From positions 1,663 to 65,662 of the forward strand of contig JAQCFL010000002.1 in NCBI GenBank assembly GCA_027619375.1: 64,000 bases of DNA. Reading direction: 5' to 3'. Position numbers and translations under genes: made by a program. The notes beneath the pieces are model-generated. The model saw only the letters and a list, made by a program, of their open reading frames with translations. It was not told the origin of the DNA and made no database searches. Shown here in pieces: positions 43,457 to 52,685 of the stretch; position 1 is the stretch's first letter, and each line of letters opens with the position of its first letter. Origin of the DNA: Verrucomicrobiota bacterium. Its GTDB lineage: Bacteria > Verrucomicrobiota > Verrucomicrobiia > Verrucomicrobiales > Akkermansiaceae.

Positions 43457-44302
43457 ATGAGCGAGACTGAAGGAGGGATCCCCTATTTCGATGAGCTGTT
43501 CAAGCTGATTGGAAGCGACGAGGAGTGGTGCCGGGCCTTCGGCAAAAATGTCCATTGGGGCTATTGGGAGGATCCGGCGAAGGCGGATGGCAGTATAGAA
43601 TCCTTTGTGGAGGCGGCGGATGCGCTGACCAGGAAGACCGTGTCGGAGGCCCCCTTGCGCGATGGCATCCGCATTCTCGATGTGGGTTGCGGGTTCGGGG
43701 GGACGATTCAGATGCTCAACGAGATGGTGAAAGACAGCCATCTCATCGGAGTGAACATCGAGGAACGGCAACTGGCGCGGGCCCGCGAGAGGGTGCAGGC
43801 GAAGAACGGCAACACCATCGAGTTCATCCACATGGACGCGAACGAGCTGCATTTCGACGAGCCCTTTGACGTCATCTTCGCGGTGGAGTGCATCTTCCAC
43901 TTCAATCGGCCGAGGTTCTTCCGGCACATCAAGCGGCTGCTCAAGCCGGAGGGCCGGTTCGTGATCACCGACTTCGTGGTGAAGCGCTGGAAGATGCCCA
44001 TTTTTCGGACCCTGAACGCAATCAGCCGCAATGCGACCTTGGCGACCTATGGGGACATCGATCTTTCCTACAGCCTGACCCGGTACCGGAAAGTGGCGGA
44101 AGAGGCGGAACTCCGCTGCTCGCATGATCTCGACATTTCACGCAACACCCTGCCGACCTATGCGTTCGTGCTCCGACAGATCAAGAAGGTGGCGGACGCG
44201 AAACGGTCGACACGATTTCGCAAGGCCACGGAGGGCCTGGACAAGGCGACCCGCTGGGGGATTCTGGGCTATCACGTCATCGCCTTTTCGCATCCGGAGT
44301 GA
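43457..44302 (+). CDS. Class I SAM-dependent methyltransferase (second MTase of the cluster)
   Basis: The ATG at 43457 lies 2 nt after the FadL-like stop. Motif I is ILDVGCGFGG and the acidic loop is IGVNIEE. The motif II-III region is FDVIFAVECIFHF...LKPEGRFVITD. Confidence 0.8.
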   Translation: MSETEGGIPYFDELFKLIGSDEEWCRAFGKNVHWGYWEDPAKADGSIESFVEAADALTRKTVSEAPLRDGIRILDVGCGFGGTIQMLNEMVKDSHLIGVNIEERQLARARERVQAKNGNTIEFIHMDANELHFDEPFDVIFAVECIFHFNRPRFFRHIKRLLKPEGRFVITDFVVKRWKMPIFRTLNAISRNATLATYGDIDLSYSLTRYRKVAEEAELRCSHDLDISRNTLPTYAFVLRQIKKVADAKRSTRFRKATEGLDKATRWGILGYHVIAFSHPE

Positions 44303-44310
44303 GAGGGAGG

Positions 44311-45999
44311 TCAGGGCAGGAGGTAGAGCGCGCCAGCCGTGAGCAGCAGGCCGCCGGCGAGGAGGTCGCGTGAGCCGAGGCGGTCGTTCGCCCCGCGGGA
44401 GCGGAGGAATTTGAGGAGCAGGCCGGTGGGGCAGCCGTACTTGCAATAGGCCAATGGGACGACGGCGGAAGCGAGCAGACCGACCACGGCGATGGTGATG
44501 CTGGACCAACCGGCGACCCGGAAGAGGTAGGCGTCGAAGGCCTCGAGGGCCGCGTTGTTGACGCCGAGACCGAGCATGACGTTGCCGAGGACGAAGGCGA
44601 GGAGGACGAAGGGCACAGCGGAGAGGAGGCGGTGGAGCTTTGGTGGCACCGCGAAGTTTGGCAAGGGGATCTTCTGCATCCACTGCTGCAGGGCACCGTG
44701 GGGACAGAGGTGGTGGCAGTAGAGTTGGTGGCCGGTGGACCAGGGGATGAGGAAGGCCGCGCCGGCCATGACGAGGCTGCCGAGAGCGGGGAGCCAGGCG
44801 ACGCCGTTCTGGGCCCAGCCCGAAAAGAGGGCCATCGAAAGCAGGTCGCCGGTGAGGAGGCCGAGGTAGAGGACGAGGAGGATCTGCCACGCAATCCGGA
44901 GGTGGGCCTGGCCGCGGAGTTTGGTGAAGGACATCATCAATCCGCCCAAGGTGAGGAAGAAAAGGCCGAACTGGCGGGGGGAGACGGGGAAGGGGGGCGG
45001 AGGGCGGTCGCGGTCGGCGAGAAAGGCGTGCAGGCGCCGCCGGACGCCCTCGACGAGGGCCCAGCTGCTGTGGGTGGCGCCGGAGACCCCCTCGATACCG
45101 GCTTCCTCGAGGTCGAGGCCGGCGACCTTCCCGATGGGCCAGCCGTTGAATTGGGCGAGGTAGGCCTCGCCGTCGAGCATGCGGTCAAGATACTCGTCGT
45201 TGTCGTAGCTCTTCCGGAAGCGGAGGGCTCGCACGGTCTCCGCCTTGGCGTCCAATAAAATGAGCGTGTCGGTGGGGCCCTGATAGCCGAGGAGGTGATC
45301 CTGCCCGGGGGAGGTGCGCAGGGCGTGGGCGATGAGGGTTCCCTGCGCATCCTTCACCTGTTGCACACCCTCCCGTGCGGGATGCGCGGTGAGCGACCGT
45401 GCCTCCGGGAGAAGCAGCTGGACCTCGACGAGGAGAATTTCGGTGGGAAAGAGGGCGGAGTCGCGGATGGTGGTGCCGCCGAGGCGCCGGGTGACGGCGC
45501 TGACGATGCCGCTCGAGGTGAGGGTCGCGCCGCTGACCGCATCGATTTCAGGCCGGCCGGGACTGCCGAGGGTGAGCCCGTGGAAGCCGCGCCAAAAGGG
45601 CCCGCTTTTCGCGACCGTGGCGACGTGGTCCGCGGTGTCCTCGGAGGAAAGGAGCGCTGCTCCGGTCACCCGCCCGGTGGGGTCGAGGGCCACGAGGACG
45701 TTGCTGGGGCCGGTGTAGCCGAGGATGTCATCCGCCTCGGGGGAGGTGTGGAACACGAGGCCGAGCTGGCGGCCGTCGGCGTCCTGCACCGTCTGGATGT
45801 TGTGGGGCGGGGTGCGTGGGCCGAGCCTGGCGGCGGTGGGAAAGAGGGAGCGGGCCTGCTTCACGGTGAGGGCGGTGTCGCGCTGGGCGCGGAGCCTCTG
45901 ATGCTGCTGATGCATCAAGAGCGCCGCTGCCAGGACCACGGCGAGGCGGTAGAGGCGGGGGAGGACGCGGCGGATTCCCCGGAGCACGGCGCCGATCAT
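44311..45999 (-). CDS. NosR/NirI-like membrane protein: two periplasmic FMN-binding domains + polytopic domain with CxxxCP motifs
   Basis: The ATG at 45999 overlaps the upstream stop (ATGA). Two FMN_bind-like segments end in DAVSGATLTSSG and EGVSGATHSSWA. The C-terminal helices carry YCHHLCPHG and YCKYGCPTG, as in the NapH/NosR family. Confidence 0.7.
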   Translation of the reverse strand: MIGAVLRGIRRVLPRLYRLAVVLAAALLMHQQHQRLRAQRDTALTVKQARSLFPTAARLGPRTPPHNIQTVQDADGRQLGLVFHTSPEADDILGYTGPSNVLVALDPTGRVTGAALLSSEDTADHVATVAKSGPFWRGFHGLTLGSPGRPEIDAVSGATLTSSGIVSAVTRRLGGTTIRDSALFPTEILLVEVQLLLPEARSLTAHPAREGVQQVKDAQGTLIAHALRTSPGQDHLLGYQGPTDTLILLDAKAETVRALRFRKSYDNDEYLDRMLDGEAYLAQFNGWPIGKVAGLDLEEAGIEGVSGATHSSWALVEGVRRRLHAFLADRDRPPPPFPVSPRQFGLFFLTLGGLMMSFTKLRGQAHLRIAWQILLVLYLGLLTGDLLSMALFSGWAQNGVAWLPALGSLVMAGAAFLIPWSTGHQLYCHHLCPHGALQQWMQKIPLPNFAVPPKLHRLLSAVPFVLLAFVLGNVMLGLGVNNAALEAFDAYLFRVAGWSSITIAVVGLLASAVVPLAYCKYGCPTGLLLKFLRSRGANDRLGSRDLLAGGLLLTAGALYLLP

Positions 46000-48263
46000 T
46001 TCACGGGGACGAGCTGGACGCAATCTGCGTGAAGGAATCCGCTGCCGGTGGGGCCGGTGATGGTGACCGAGGCGGGGAGGACATCGACAAAGTCATAGCT
46101 GCCGACGACCTGGTAGTTCTTTGCGGAAGGTTCCTTGCTGAGATCGACGGGGACTTCGGAGGATCCCTTGCCGTGGGCGATGGTCAGCGTGGCGGTCTTG
46201 CAGCGGTTCTCGTGGGGCCGCAGGTAGTAGCGCACCTCATAGCGGCCGGACTTCTTGACCCGAATCGGGAAGGTCGCGGACACCCCGTCACCCGCACCGG
46301 CGTAGGCGTAGCTGTTGTTGACGGTGGGCTTCAGGCCGTCGCCGTGGCTCCATTTGCCCTTCAGCCGGGCGGCCTGATCATCGACGACGATGCCGGCCAG
46401 GCTGTCGGAGGGGAGGCCCCGGTCGATCGCGGAAGGCTGGGCGGCATTGGCCGGCAGGTAGAGTGTGCCGTCGGGCGAATCGCGGCGGAGGGCCCCGGGT
46501 TGCTGGAGGAGGGCGATGAGTTGAGGGAGGTAGTTCTCATAAACGCCGCGGGGGGTGGTCTTCCGGGTGGTGGCGATCCAGGCAGCCTTGCCGACCACCT
46601 CGCCCATCATCCCGCAGGTGCGCATGACCCGGACCGTGCCGAGGACTTCGTGGGTGACGGAGACGCAGCGGCCGGCCATGAAGAGGTTGGGGATGTTGCG
46701 CGAGTAGAAGCAACGGTAGGGCACGGGATAGCCCACCGAGCGGTCCACGCCCTTGCCGTGCACGGCGACGGAAATGAAGGGATTGTCCTCGAAGCCCTTG
46801 AGGAATTCCTTCTTCGGATAGTGGAGGTCGATGGACCAGGTGGTGGGGACACAGCCGTCGGGAAAATCGCGTTTGTTGACGACATCCTCCTCGGTGAGAA
46901 TGACGTCGCCCAGAAGCCGGCGCGACTCACGGGTGCCGCCGATGTAGGCGAGCCATTGCAGACGGGCATTCTCATTGCCCTTCTCTGCTTTGATAGCGGA
47001 AAAGGCGCCGAAGACGGCCCGCAGGTTCCAGTCGCGGATGAGTTCGAGATCGTCCAGAGGGTGGTGATCGAAGCCGCTTTCCCAGAACCACTCGCCCTTG
47101 AAAAACTTCGATCCGGGGCCCTTGGAAGCCCGGGTCTCGGGGAATTGCTCCGTGGTAAGCTCCAGAGCCCAAGGGGTTTCGGGCCAGGCTTGCGGGCTCC
47201 GGCCCTGCTCCCAGGACCACATGTTGGAGGTGCCCATGTGGCCCTCTACGGTCATGTCGAAATCGGCTCCGGCGAGGCCGCCGATGGTGCCATGGCCGGT
47301 GGCGTCGCAGAAAAGGGTGCCCTCAAAGCGCCGCTCGATGCTCTTGCGGACGTCGAGGGCGACCACCGCAGCGATGCGACCGTCCTTCATTTCCACGCCG
47401 TGGGCAAAGTGGCCGAGGAAGAGATCGAGAGTCTTTTCACCGGCCACGACCGCTGCCTTTTTGCCATCCACGAAATCGGCGGCGGTGCCGGGAGAGTCTG
47501 GGGCCCGGTCGGTGAATTCTTCGATGATGTCGCCGATGTGCGGATACTTGCCGAGGCGGATGTTTCCCTGGGCCCAGACGCGCACCTCGGAGGATCCATT
47601 GCCACCGAGCACTTCGCGGTCCTGAATGAGGGCGACCTTCAGCCCCTGCCGGGCGGCGGAGATGGAGGCCCCCAGTCCGGAATAACCGCCGCCAATGACG
47701 ACGAGATCGTAGGGGCCCTCGGTGGTGACCGTTTCAGGCAGGTTGAGGAGTTCGCGGCGGAGTTTGACGAGTTCCTCCCCGCCGTCCGGGGGTTGGGCGT
47801 TGAGATTGGTGGTGAAGAGGATGGCGTCGCAGCGGCCGTCGAAGCCGGTGAGGTCGTGCAGGGAGAGGGTGACCTTGGTGTCGATCACCGGGAGCACCCC
47901 GCCATCGTGCCAATGCCACTCCGCTCCCTTGGTCCCGAAGGTCTCCCTGAGTGGTGTTCCGTTGACGAGGAGCTGAAACTTTCCGGGGGCGCCTTCCGCG
48001 GCCCAAGGGGCGACCCAGTCCTTGGTGCGGACGAAGATGCGGTAGGTGCCGGTCTCGGGCAACGCCACCGTGGTAGTGGCGTCGGCCACCGGGGTTCCAA
48101 GACCATGGGCGAGAAGGTAAGGCGAACCCATTTGCAGCATGAACTGCGTGTCCACTTTCCAGCCACCGGGATCCCCGAAGGCCTCCGCTTCCACGAGGAG
48201 GGATCCGGCACGGAGGGGAAGGACGGTGAGGCAGACGAGGAGGCCGAGTGTGTTGCGGATCAT
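45996..48263 (-). CDS. Secreted FAD-dependent oxidoreductase flanked by beta-sandwich (CBM-like) domains
   Basis: An internal ATG at 48263 gives MIRNTLGLLVCLTVLPLRAGS (signal peptide). The dinucleotide fold is YDLVVIGGGYSGLGASISAARQG...LIQDREVLGGN. The N- and C-terminal ~150-aa regions are beta-rich. Confidence 0.8.
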   Translation of the reverse strand: MIRNTLGLLVCLTVLPLRAGSLLVEAEAFGDPGGWKVDTQFMLQMGSPYLLAHGLGTPVADATTTVALPETGTYRIFVRTKDWVAPWAAEGAPGKFQLLVNGTPLRETFGTKGAEWHWHDGGVLPVIDTKVTLSLHDLTGFDGRCDAILFTTNLNAQPPDGGEELVKLRRELLNLPETVTTEGPYDLVVIGGGYSGLGASISAARQGLKVALIQDREVLGGNGSSEVRVWAQGNIRLGKYPHIGDIIEEFTDRAPDSPGTAADFVDGKKAAVVAGEKTLDLFLGHFAHGVEMKDGRIAAVVALDVRKSIERRFEGTLFCDATGHGTIGGLAGADFDMTVEGHMGTSNMWSWEQGRSPQAWPETPWALELTTEQFPETRASKGPGSKFFKGEWFWESGFDHHPLDDLELIRDWNLRAVFGAFSAIKAEKGNENARLQWLAYIGGTRESRRLLGDVILTEEDVVNKRDFPDGCVPTTWSIDLHYPKKEFLKGFEDNPFISVAVHGKGVDRSVGYPVPYRCFYSRNIPNLFMAGRCVSVTHEVLGTVRVMRTCGMMGEVVGKAAWIATTRKTTPRGVYENYLPQLIALLQQPGALRRDSPDGTLYLPANAAQPSAIDRGLPSDSLAGIVVDDQAARLKGKWSHGDGLKPTVNNSYAYAGAGDGVSATFPIRVKKSGRYEVRYYLRPHENRCKTATLTIAHGKGSSEVPVDLSKEPSAKNYQVVGSYDFVDVLPASVTITGPTGSGFLHADCVQLVPVK

Positions 48264-48482
48264 GGGGAGGGTGGCTTGTGGTTGGGCAAGAGCGGCTGTT
48301 GCGGCACCAATGTTGTTACAATGTGGCTTCAGGCCGAGGCAAGCCCGGGCTCGTTCCCCGCCGATCATCGCGGGTTGCCAAGGTATTTATACTGAGATCA
48401 TCTCGATTGTGACAGTCCGGCCTCTGGGCGAGGTGCTCCGGTGTGGTATCGACACGCCATGGGGCTGGGGCATCATACCGCG

Positions 48483-49364
48483 ATGAGAGCTTGTTGGATC
48501 TTGCTGGTGATGGGGCTGTGGGTGGGCGCGGTGCAGGCGGACGACCTCCGCGTGGCGACCTTCAACATTCGCTATGACGCCTCGGGTGATCGCGGAGAAA
48601 GGGACTGGAAGGCGCGGCGGGATCTGGTGGCGGAGACAATCGGAAAGATGAAGCCGGACGTGTTGGGTCTGCAAGAGGCCATGGACAAGCAAAAGGCCTA
48701 TCTGGAGAAGACCCTGCCGATCTACGGCGTGGTGGGGGTGGGTCGCGATGATGGCAAAACCCGTGGCGAGTATTCGCCGATTTTCTACCGCAAGGATCGC
48801 TTCGAGGTGGATGACAAGGAACTAGGGACCTTCTGGCTGTCCGACTCGCCGGAGGAACCTGGATCGATGTCCTGGGGCAATTCCATTCCGAGAATCTGCA
48901 CTTGGGTGCGCCTTACCGGGAAGGTGGGCGGTGCGAGCTTCTACGTTTTCAACACCCACTGGGATCACCAAAGCCAGCCGTCGCGGGAGCGGTCCGCAGT
49001 CCTGATGGCGGAGCGCATCGCGGGGCGGAAGCACGGAGAGGAGCCGGTGGTGGTGTTGGGAGATTTCAATGCAACGGAGACCAATCCGGCGATGGTGAAG
49101 TTGCTGACGAAGCAGGCGGTGGAGACGAATTCCCTGCGGGAGGCCTTCCTGCTTCTGCATGCGGATCAGGAGAATCGGCGGACGGGACACGGATTTGGAG
49201 GCGGCATGACAGGAAAGGCGATGATCGATCACGTCCTGATCACCAGGTCGTGGAGCGTTCGGGAGGCCTGGATCGAGTATCATCGTCGCGGGACGATGTG
49301 GCCCTCCGATCATTTTCCGGTCGCCGCGGTGCTGTCGCTGGAGCCGCCCGCGGGAGAGAAGTGA
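48483..49364 (+). CDS. Secreted endonuclease/exonuclease/phosphatase (EEP) family protein
   Basis: ATG at 48483 with a signal peptide. Motifs are RVATFNIR, VLGLQE, VFNTHWDH, GDFN, IDHVL and PSDHFPV. Confidence 0.8.
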   Translation: MRACWILLVMGLWVGAVQADDLRVATFNIRYDASGDRGERDWKARRDLVAETIGKMKPDVLGLQEAMDKQKAYLEKTLPIYGVVGVGRDDGKTRGEYSPIFYRKDRFEVDDKELGTFWLSDSPEEPGSMSWGNSIPRICTWVRLTGKVGGASFYVFNTHWDHQSQPSRERSAVLMAERIAGRKHGEEPVVVLGDFNATETNPAMVKLLTKQAVETNSLREAFLLLHADQENRRTGHGFGGGMTGKAMIDHVLITRSWSVREAWIEYHRRGTMWPSDHFPVAAVLSLEPPAGEK

Positions 49365-49385
49365 GATTCTGCGCGAATCGGGAAA

Positions 49386-49916
49386 TCAACTGGTGCTGAG
49401 GGCCGGGCTGGAGAGCATGGTGTCGTCGTCGGTCCCAAGGTGCTTGTCGGGTCCGGCGGAGCGGACCTCGAGTTGATCGGGTGAGAGGATGTGGAAGTGA
49501 AACGGTGAACCCCAGCGATCACAGAGTTCGCCATCGATGCTGATGGCGGGGTGGTCACGGGGAAGGGGGGCGTGGAAGTGGTTGTTTCCTCCGGAGAGAG
49601 CGTTGGTGATCTCGCGGTTGGTCCCGTCGGGAATCTCATGGAGGACGTTCCGGTAGGCCGCGAAAAGCGCAAGCAGGATGCGGAGGTCGTTCTCGATGTT
49701 GCCGGTCGTTCGGTTGAGCCCGTCGGCGAGGAGGGAGCGTTTCGGGTCGTGGGGAGGCACGGTCGGGGCGGTGGCCACGGGAGTAGCGGGGGGGTAGTGA
49801 AGGACGGGGAGCGGCATGAAGTCCTCGGTGAGGGAGACATCGCGGGGTCGCCAAGGGTTCCACAGGACGATGAGGACGCCGGTGATGATCAGGAGAAGTG
49901 CGAGGGCGGGGCGCAT
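49386..49916 (-). CDS. Hypothetical protein with N-terminal TM helix and GspG-like C-terminal motif
   Basis: 176 aa: MRPALALLLIITGVLIVLW... The C-terminal DRWGSPFHFHILSPDQLEVRSAGPDKHLGTDDD resembles the type II secretion pseudopilin G C-terminal pattern, a weak match from memory. Confidence 0.5.
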   Translation of the reverse strand: MRPALALLLIITGVLIVLWNPWRPRDVSLTEDFMPLPVLHYPPATPVATAPTVPPHDPKRSLLADGLNRTTGNIENDLRILLALFAAYRNVLHEIPDGTNREITNALSGGNNHFHAPLPRDHPAISIDGELCDRWGSPFHFHILSPDQLEVRSAGPDKHLGTDDDTMLSSPALSTS

Positions 49917-50201
49917 GGCGGGTGGTCAGGAAAGGACGTCGAGCAGCCGGAGAGCAGGAAGCGAGTCGATCCGAGAGGCGAGGGTAGGGGGAGTTTCGGA
50001 CCCAAATAGCAGCGGAAGCGCTGAATTTGGGCCGGTCAGGAGGGGGCCGGGAGGGGTCATAGCAGGGGGGATCAGTGGAGGATCTGCAAAATACGTAAAT
50101 ATTAATTATCGACAAGAGAAAGATGATTTCGGGATGCTTTTCCGATCAGCAAGGCGGGGGGCGGATTTGTAATAGAGCTTCGAGACCCCGGTGGTTACAA
50201 G

Positions 50202-50768
50202 ATGCGGCAGATGGAAGGACTCTTGATCGGATTGGTGGCCGTGGCCCTCTTGGCTCTGGTGGTTTGTGCGTTGATTTACAACGGCTTCGTGAGCCGACGC
50301 AATGCGGTGCGCAATGCATTTGCCTTTATTGATGTGCAATTGAAAAAACGTTGGGACCTGATTCCGAACCTGGTGGAGACGGTGAAGGCCTATGCGAGCC
50401 ACGAGAAGGAAACGTTCGACCGGGTCATCAAGGCGCGCCAGCGGGTGGAGTCCTCGCCGGTGGGGACGCGGGTGCGTTTTGAAAGCGAACAGGATCTCGG
50501 AGCGGGGGTCTCGCGACTGCTGATGCTGGCGGAGGCCTATCCGGAGTTGAAGGCGGGCAACCAGTTTTTGAACCTGCAGCGAAACCTAACAGAAATCGAA
50601 TCGCAGTTGGCGGCTTCGAGGCGGGCCTACAATGCGGCAGTGACCGATTGGAACGAGGGGGTGGAGATGTTCCCGGGCAGCGTCTTTGCGAAGGTGTTCG
50701 GCTTTGGGACGGCAGATTGGTTCGAGACGCCGTCCGATCAACGAAAGGCGCACGATGTCCGCTTCTGA
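50202..50768 (+). CDS. LemA family protein
   Basis: 188 aa with an N-terminal TM, then YNGFVSRRNAVRNAFAFIDVQLKKRWDLIPNLVETVKAYASHEKETF...AEAYPELKA...YNAAV..WN....FPGSVFA. Confidence 0.85.
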   Translation: MRQMEGLLIGLVAVALLALVVCALIYNGFVSRRNAVRNAFAFIDVQLKKRWDLIPNLVETVKAYASHEKETFDRVIKARQRVESSPVGTRVRFESEQDLGAGVSRLLMLAEAYPELKAGNQFLNLQRNLTEIESQLAASRRAYNAAVTDWNEGVEMFPGSVFAKVFGFGTADWFETPSDQRKAHDVRF

Positions 50769-50785
50769 CCATTTTTCGCGGGATC

Positions 50786-51223
50786 TTGCTGGTGGCCGAC
50801 TTCCACAAGGAGTTCCATGGCGAGTTGGCGGTGCTGCCGGACGTGGCAGAGAAGCACTTCGGTTGGTTTGGGCGGAAACTGCAGACGCTGGGAGGCAATC
50901 TGCAGCGGATGGAGAATCCGGAGTTTGAGAAGGCCTTCGTGGTGCGGGGCGCAGATGCGGTGGAGGCGCGCTACATTCTGACGCCCGACATGCAGGAGAG
51001 GCTTCTGGCGTTGCGGGGGCGATTGAATGACGGGGTGCGCTTCGCCTTCAAGGAGTCACAGGTCTATATCGGCTTTTCGAACAAGGGAAATTGGTTCGAG
51101 GGCGACCTGAAGCGGACCGCGCATGATCGCGGACAGATGCGCGAGATCCTCGGGCAGATGGCGTGCTGCTTCAACATCGTGCAGGACCTGAATTTGAACA
51201 CACGGATCTGGACGAAGGAGTGA
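50786..51223 (+). CDS. DUF3137-like protein, only the C-terminal domain present (N-terminally short; non-ATG start needed)
   Basis: FHKEFHGELAVLPD...RMENPEFEKAFVVRGADAVEARYILTPDMQERLLAL matches my memory of DUF3137, the usual LemA neighbour. There is no ATG between the LemA stop (50768) and this domain. Candidate starts are TTG 50786 and GTG 50792. Confidence 0.45.
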   Translation: MLVADFHKEFHGELAVLPDVAEKHFGWFGRKLQTLGGNLQRMENPEFEKAFVVRGADAVEARYILTPDMQERLLALRGRLNDGVRFAFKESQVYIGFSNKGNWFEGDLKRTAHDRGQMREILGQMACCFNIVQDLNLNTRIWTKE

Positions 51224-51525
51224 GGAAAGGGCGGCTGGGAATCCTCGTCGTGAGGACACTCCGGGATGATCCGGCGGCAAGGAAGAGACACCGCCAAAAT
51301 GTTGTTAGACTTTCGCCGGACGAGGCTGCCGCGATCGTCGAGAAGGAATCAAACCGTCACCTAGGGCTCCTCCCTTCCCAAGTTGATGTGCCGTTCGACA
51401 AGGAACTGAAATTTCGGCGCTTGCCTCGTGGCCACAGCCTTATCCTCCGGGTGCCCGCGCGGAGAGGCGTCCGGCTCGGCCTTGGGTGCGCTTGACAAGG
51501 GGCCAAGGAGGGGGTGGATTGTGGT

Positions 51526-52284
51526 ATGAGCGGATGGATTGGACGGGTGTTGGGGTGTTTGCTGCTGCTGCTGGCACCGTTGCAGGGGGCGGAGACGGTG
51601 GAGTTGCTGAGCAGTGAGGGACGGAAGCTGGAGGCGGTCTTGCTGGAGCGGGGGAAGGATGCGGTGAAGGTGGAGGTGGGGCGGAAGATCTATGTGCTGC
51701 CCTTCGACAAGCTGGCGGCGGAATCGGTGGCCCTGGTGAAGGCGGCGAACCTCCCGGTGATGTGCAACTTTGATATCCAGGTGGACCTGAAGAAGCGGGG
51801 GGACAAGGTGGAGCAGATGCGGAATGAGACGGTGCGGGTGGGGAATGAATTGGTGACCCAGGTGCTGACCGATTCCTACCGGGTGGACGTGGTGGATGGC
51901 GAGGCGACGGTGCGAAATCGGGATGTGGCCGATCCGAGTCCCGCAGGGATCCTTTACGTCGCGGTGTTGTGCAACGGGAAGAACGGCCACAATGTCATGC
52001 GATTGGATCAGTTTGCCCTCGCCTCGCTGGATCCCCTCTCAGCGAAGGAATTCGAGGTGACGAAGTCGAAGAGTTGGCACTCGGAGCGGGGGAGAAATTT
52101 TGGGAAGGGGAGCATTAAAGTGGAGGGCAACTATGCGGGCTATGTGGCGGCGGTGGTGGTGGACGGGAAGATCGCGGCGGTGAAGACGAGTCCGCCGAAG
52201 TATGAAGAGGAGCCCGAGGAAGTGCGGCGGCTCATCGGCCTCGCCAAACCGGAGAAGAAGGGGATTTTCCCCACACCGAAGTAG
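51526..52284 (+). CDS. Secreted hypothetical protein
   Basis: The ATG at 51526 gives MSGWIGRVLGCLLLLLAPLQGAE (signal peptide). ~250 aa, beta-rich, Lys/Glu-rich C-terminus, no family recognised. Confidence 0.6.
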   Translation: MSGWIGRVLGCLLLLLAPLQGAETVELLSSEGRKLEAVLLERGKDAVKVEVGRKIYVLPFDKLAAESVALVKAANLPVMCNFDIQVDLKKRGDKVEQMRNETVRVGNELVTQVLTDSYRVDVVDGEATVRNRDVADPSPAGILYVAVLCNGKNGHNVMRLDQFALASLDPLSAKEFEVTKSKSWHSERGRNFGKGSIKVEGNYAGYVAAVVVDGKIAAVKTSPPKYEEEPEEVRRLIGLAKPEKKGIFPTPK

Positions 52285-52685
52285 CGGCTGGGCGACTCAC
52301 ATTGAAGGCGATGGACGGTTAGTTCCCTTGGCCTGCCCCTACGGCCCCACCGCTTGCCCGCCCCCCGTCGCTCCCGCAGACCAAACTCCCGGCTGTGCTT
52401 CAAATCCTCTCGTCACGACGTCCATACCGAAAGCCCCCGCTCCCCATCCCCACTCTCACCCTGCAAAGTGCTTTTTTGTTCACCTTGTTCGCCTGTTTGC
52501 CTTACCCAAAAAAAATACACAACCGATGCCTAAACCATATCTGATCCTTAAATACCGGAGTTATCCAACTTCGACCCCACCTACCCAACCAACACAGACC
52601 TTAACCGCTTATCCCCAAACCCTTATCCACAATCTTGCCAAGTCGCATATCCCCGCTAAAGTCGCTCAATAGTACTGTTCTGCCA

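Noticed and set aside
51163-51495. 110-aa ORF in the gap between the DUF3137-like gene and the 51526 gene
   Set aside because: It overlaps the end of the preceding gene, has an Arg-rich composition, and shows no motif or signal. It is likely non-coding intergenic sequence.
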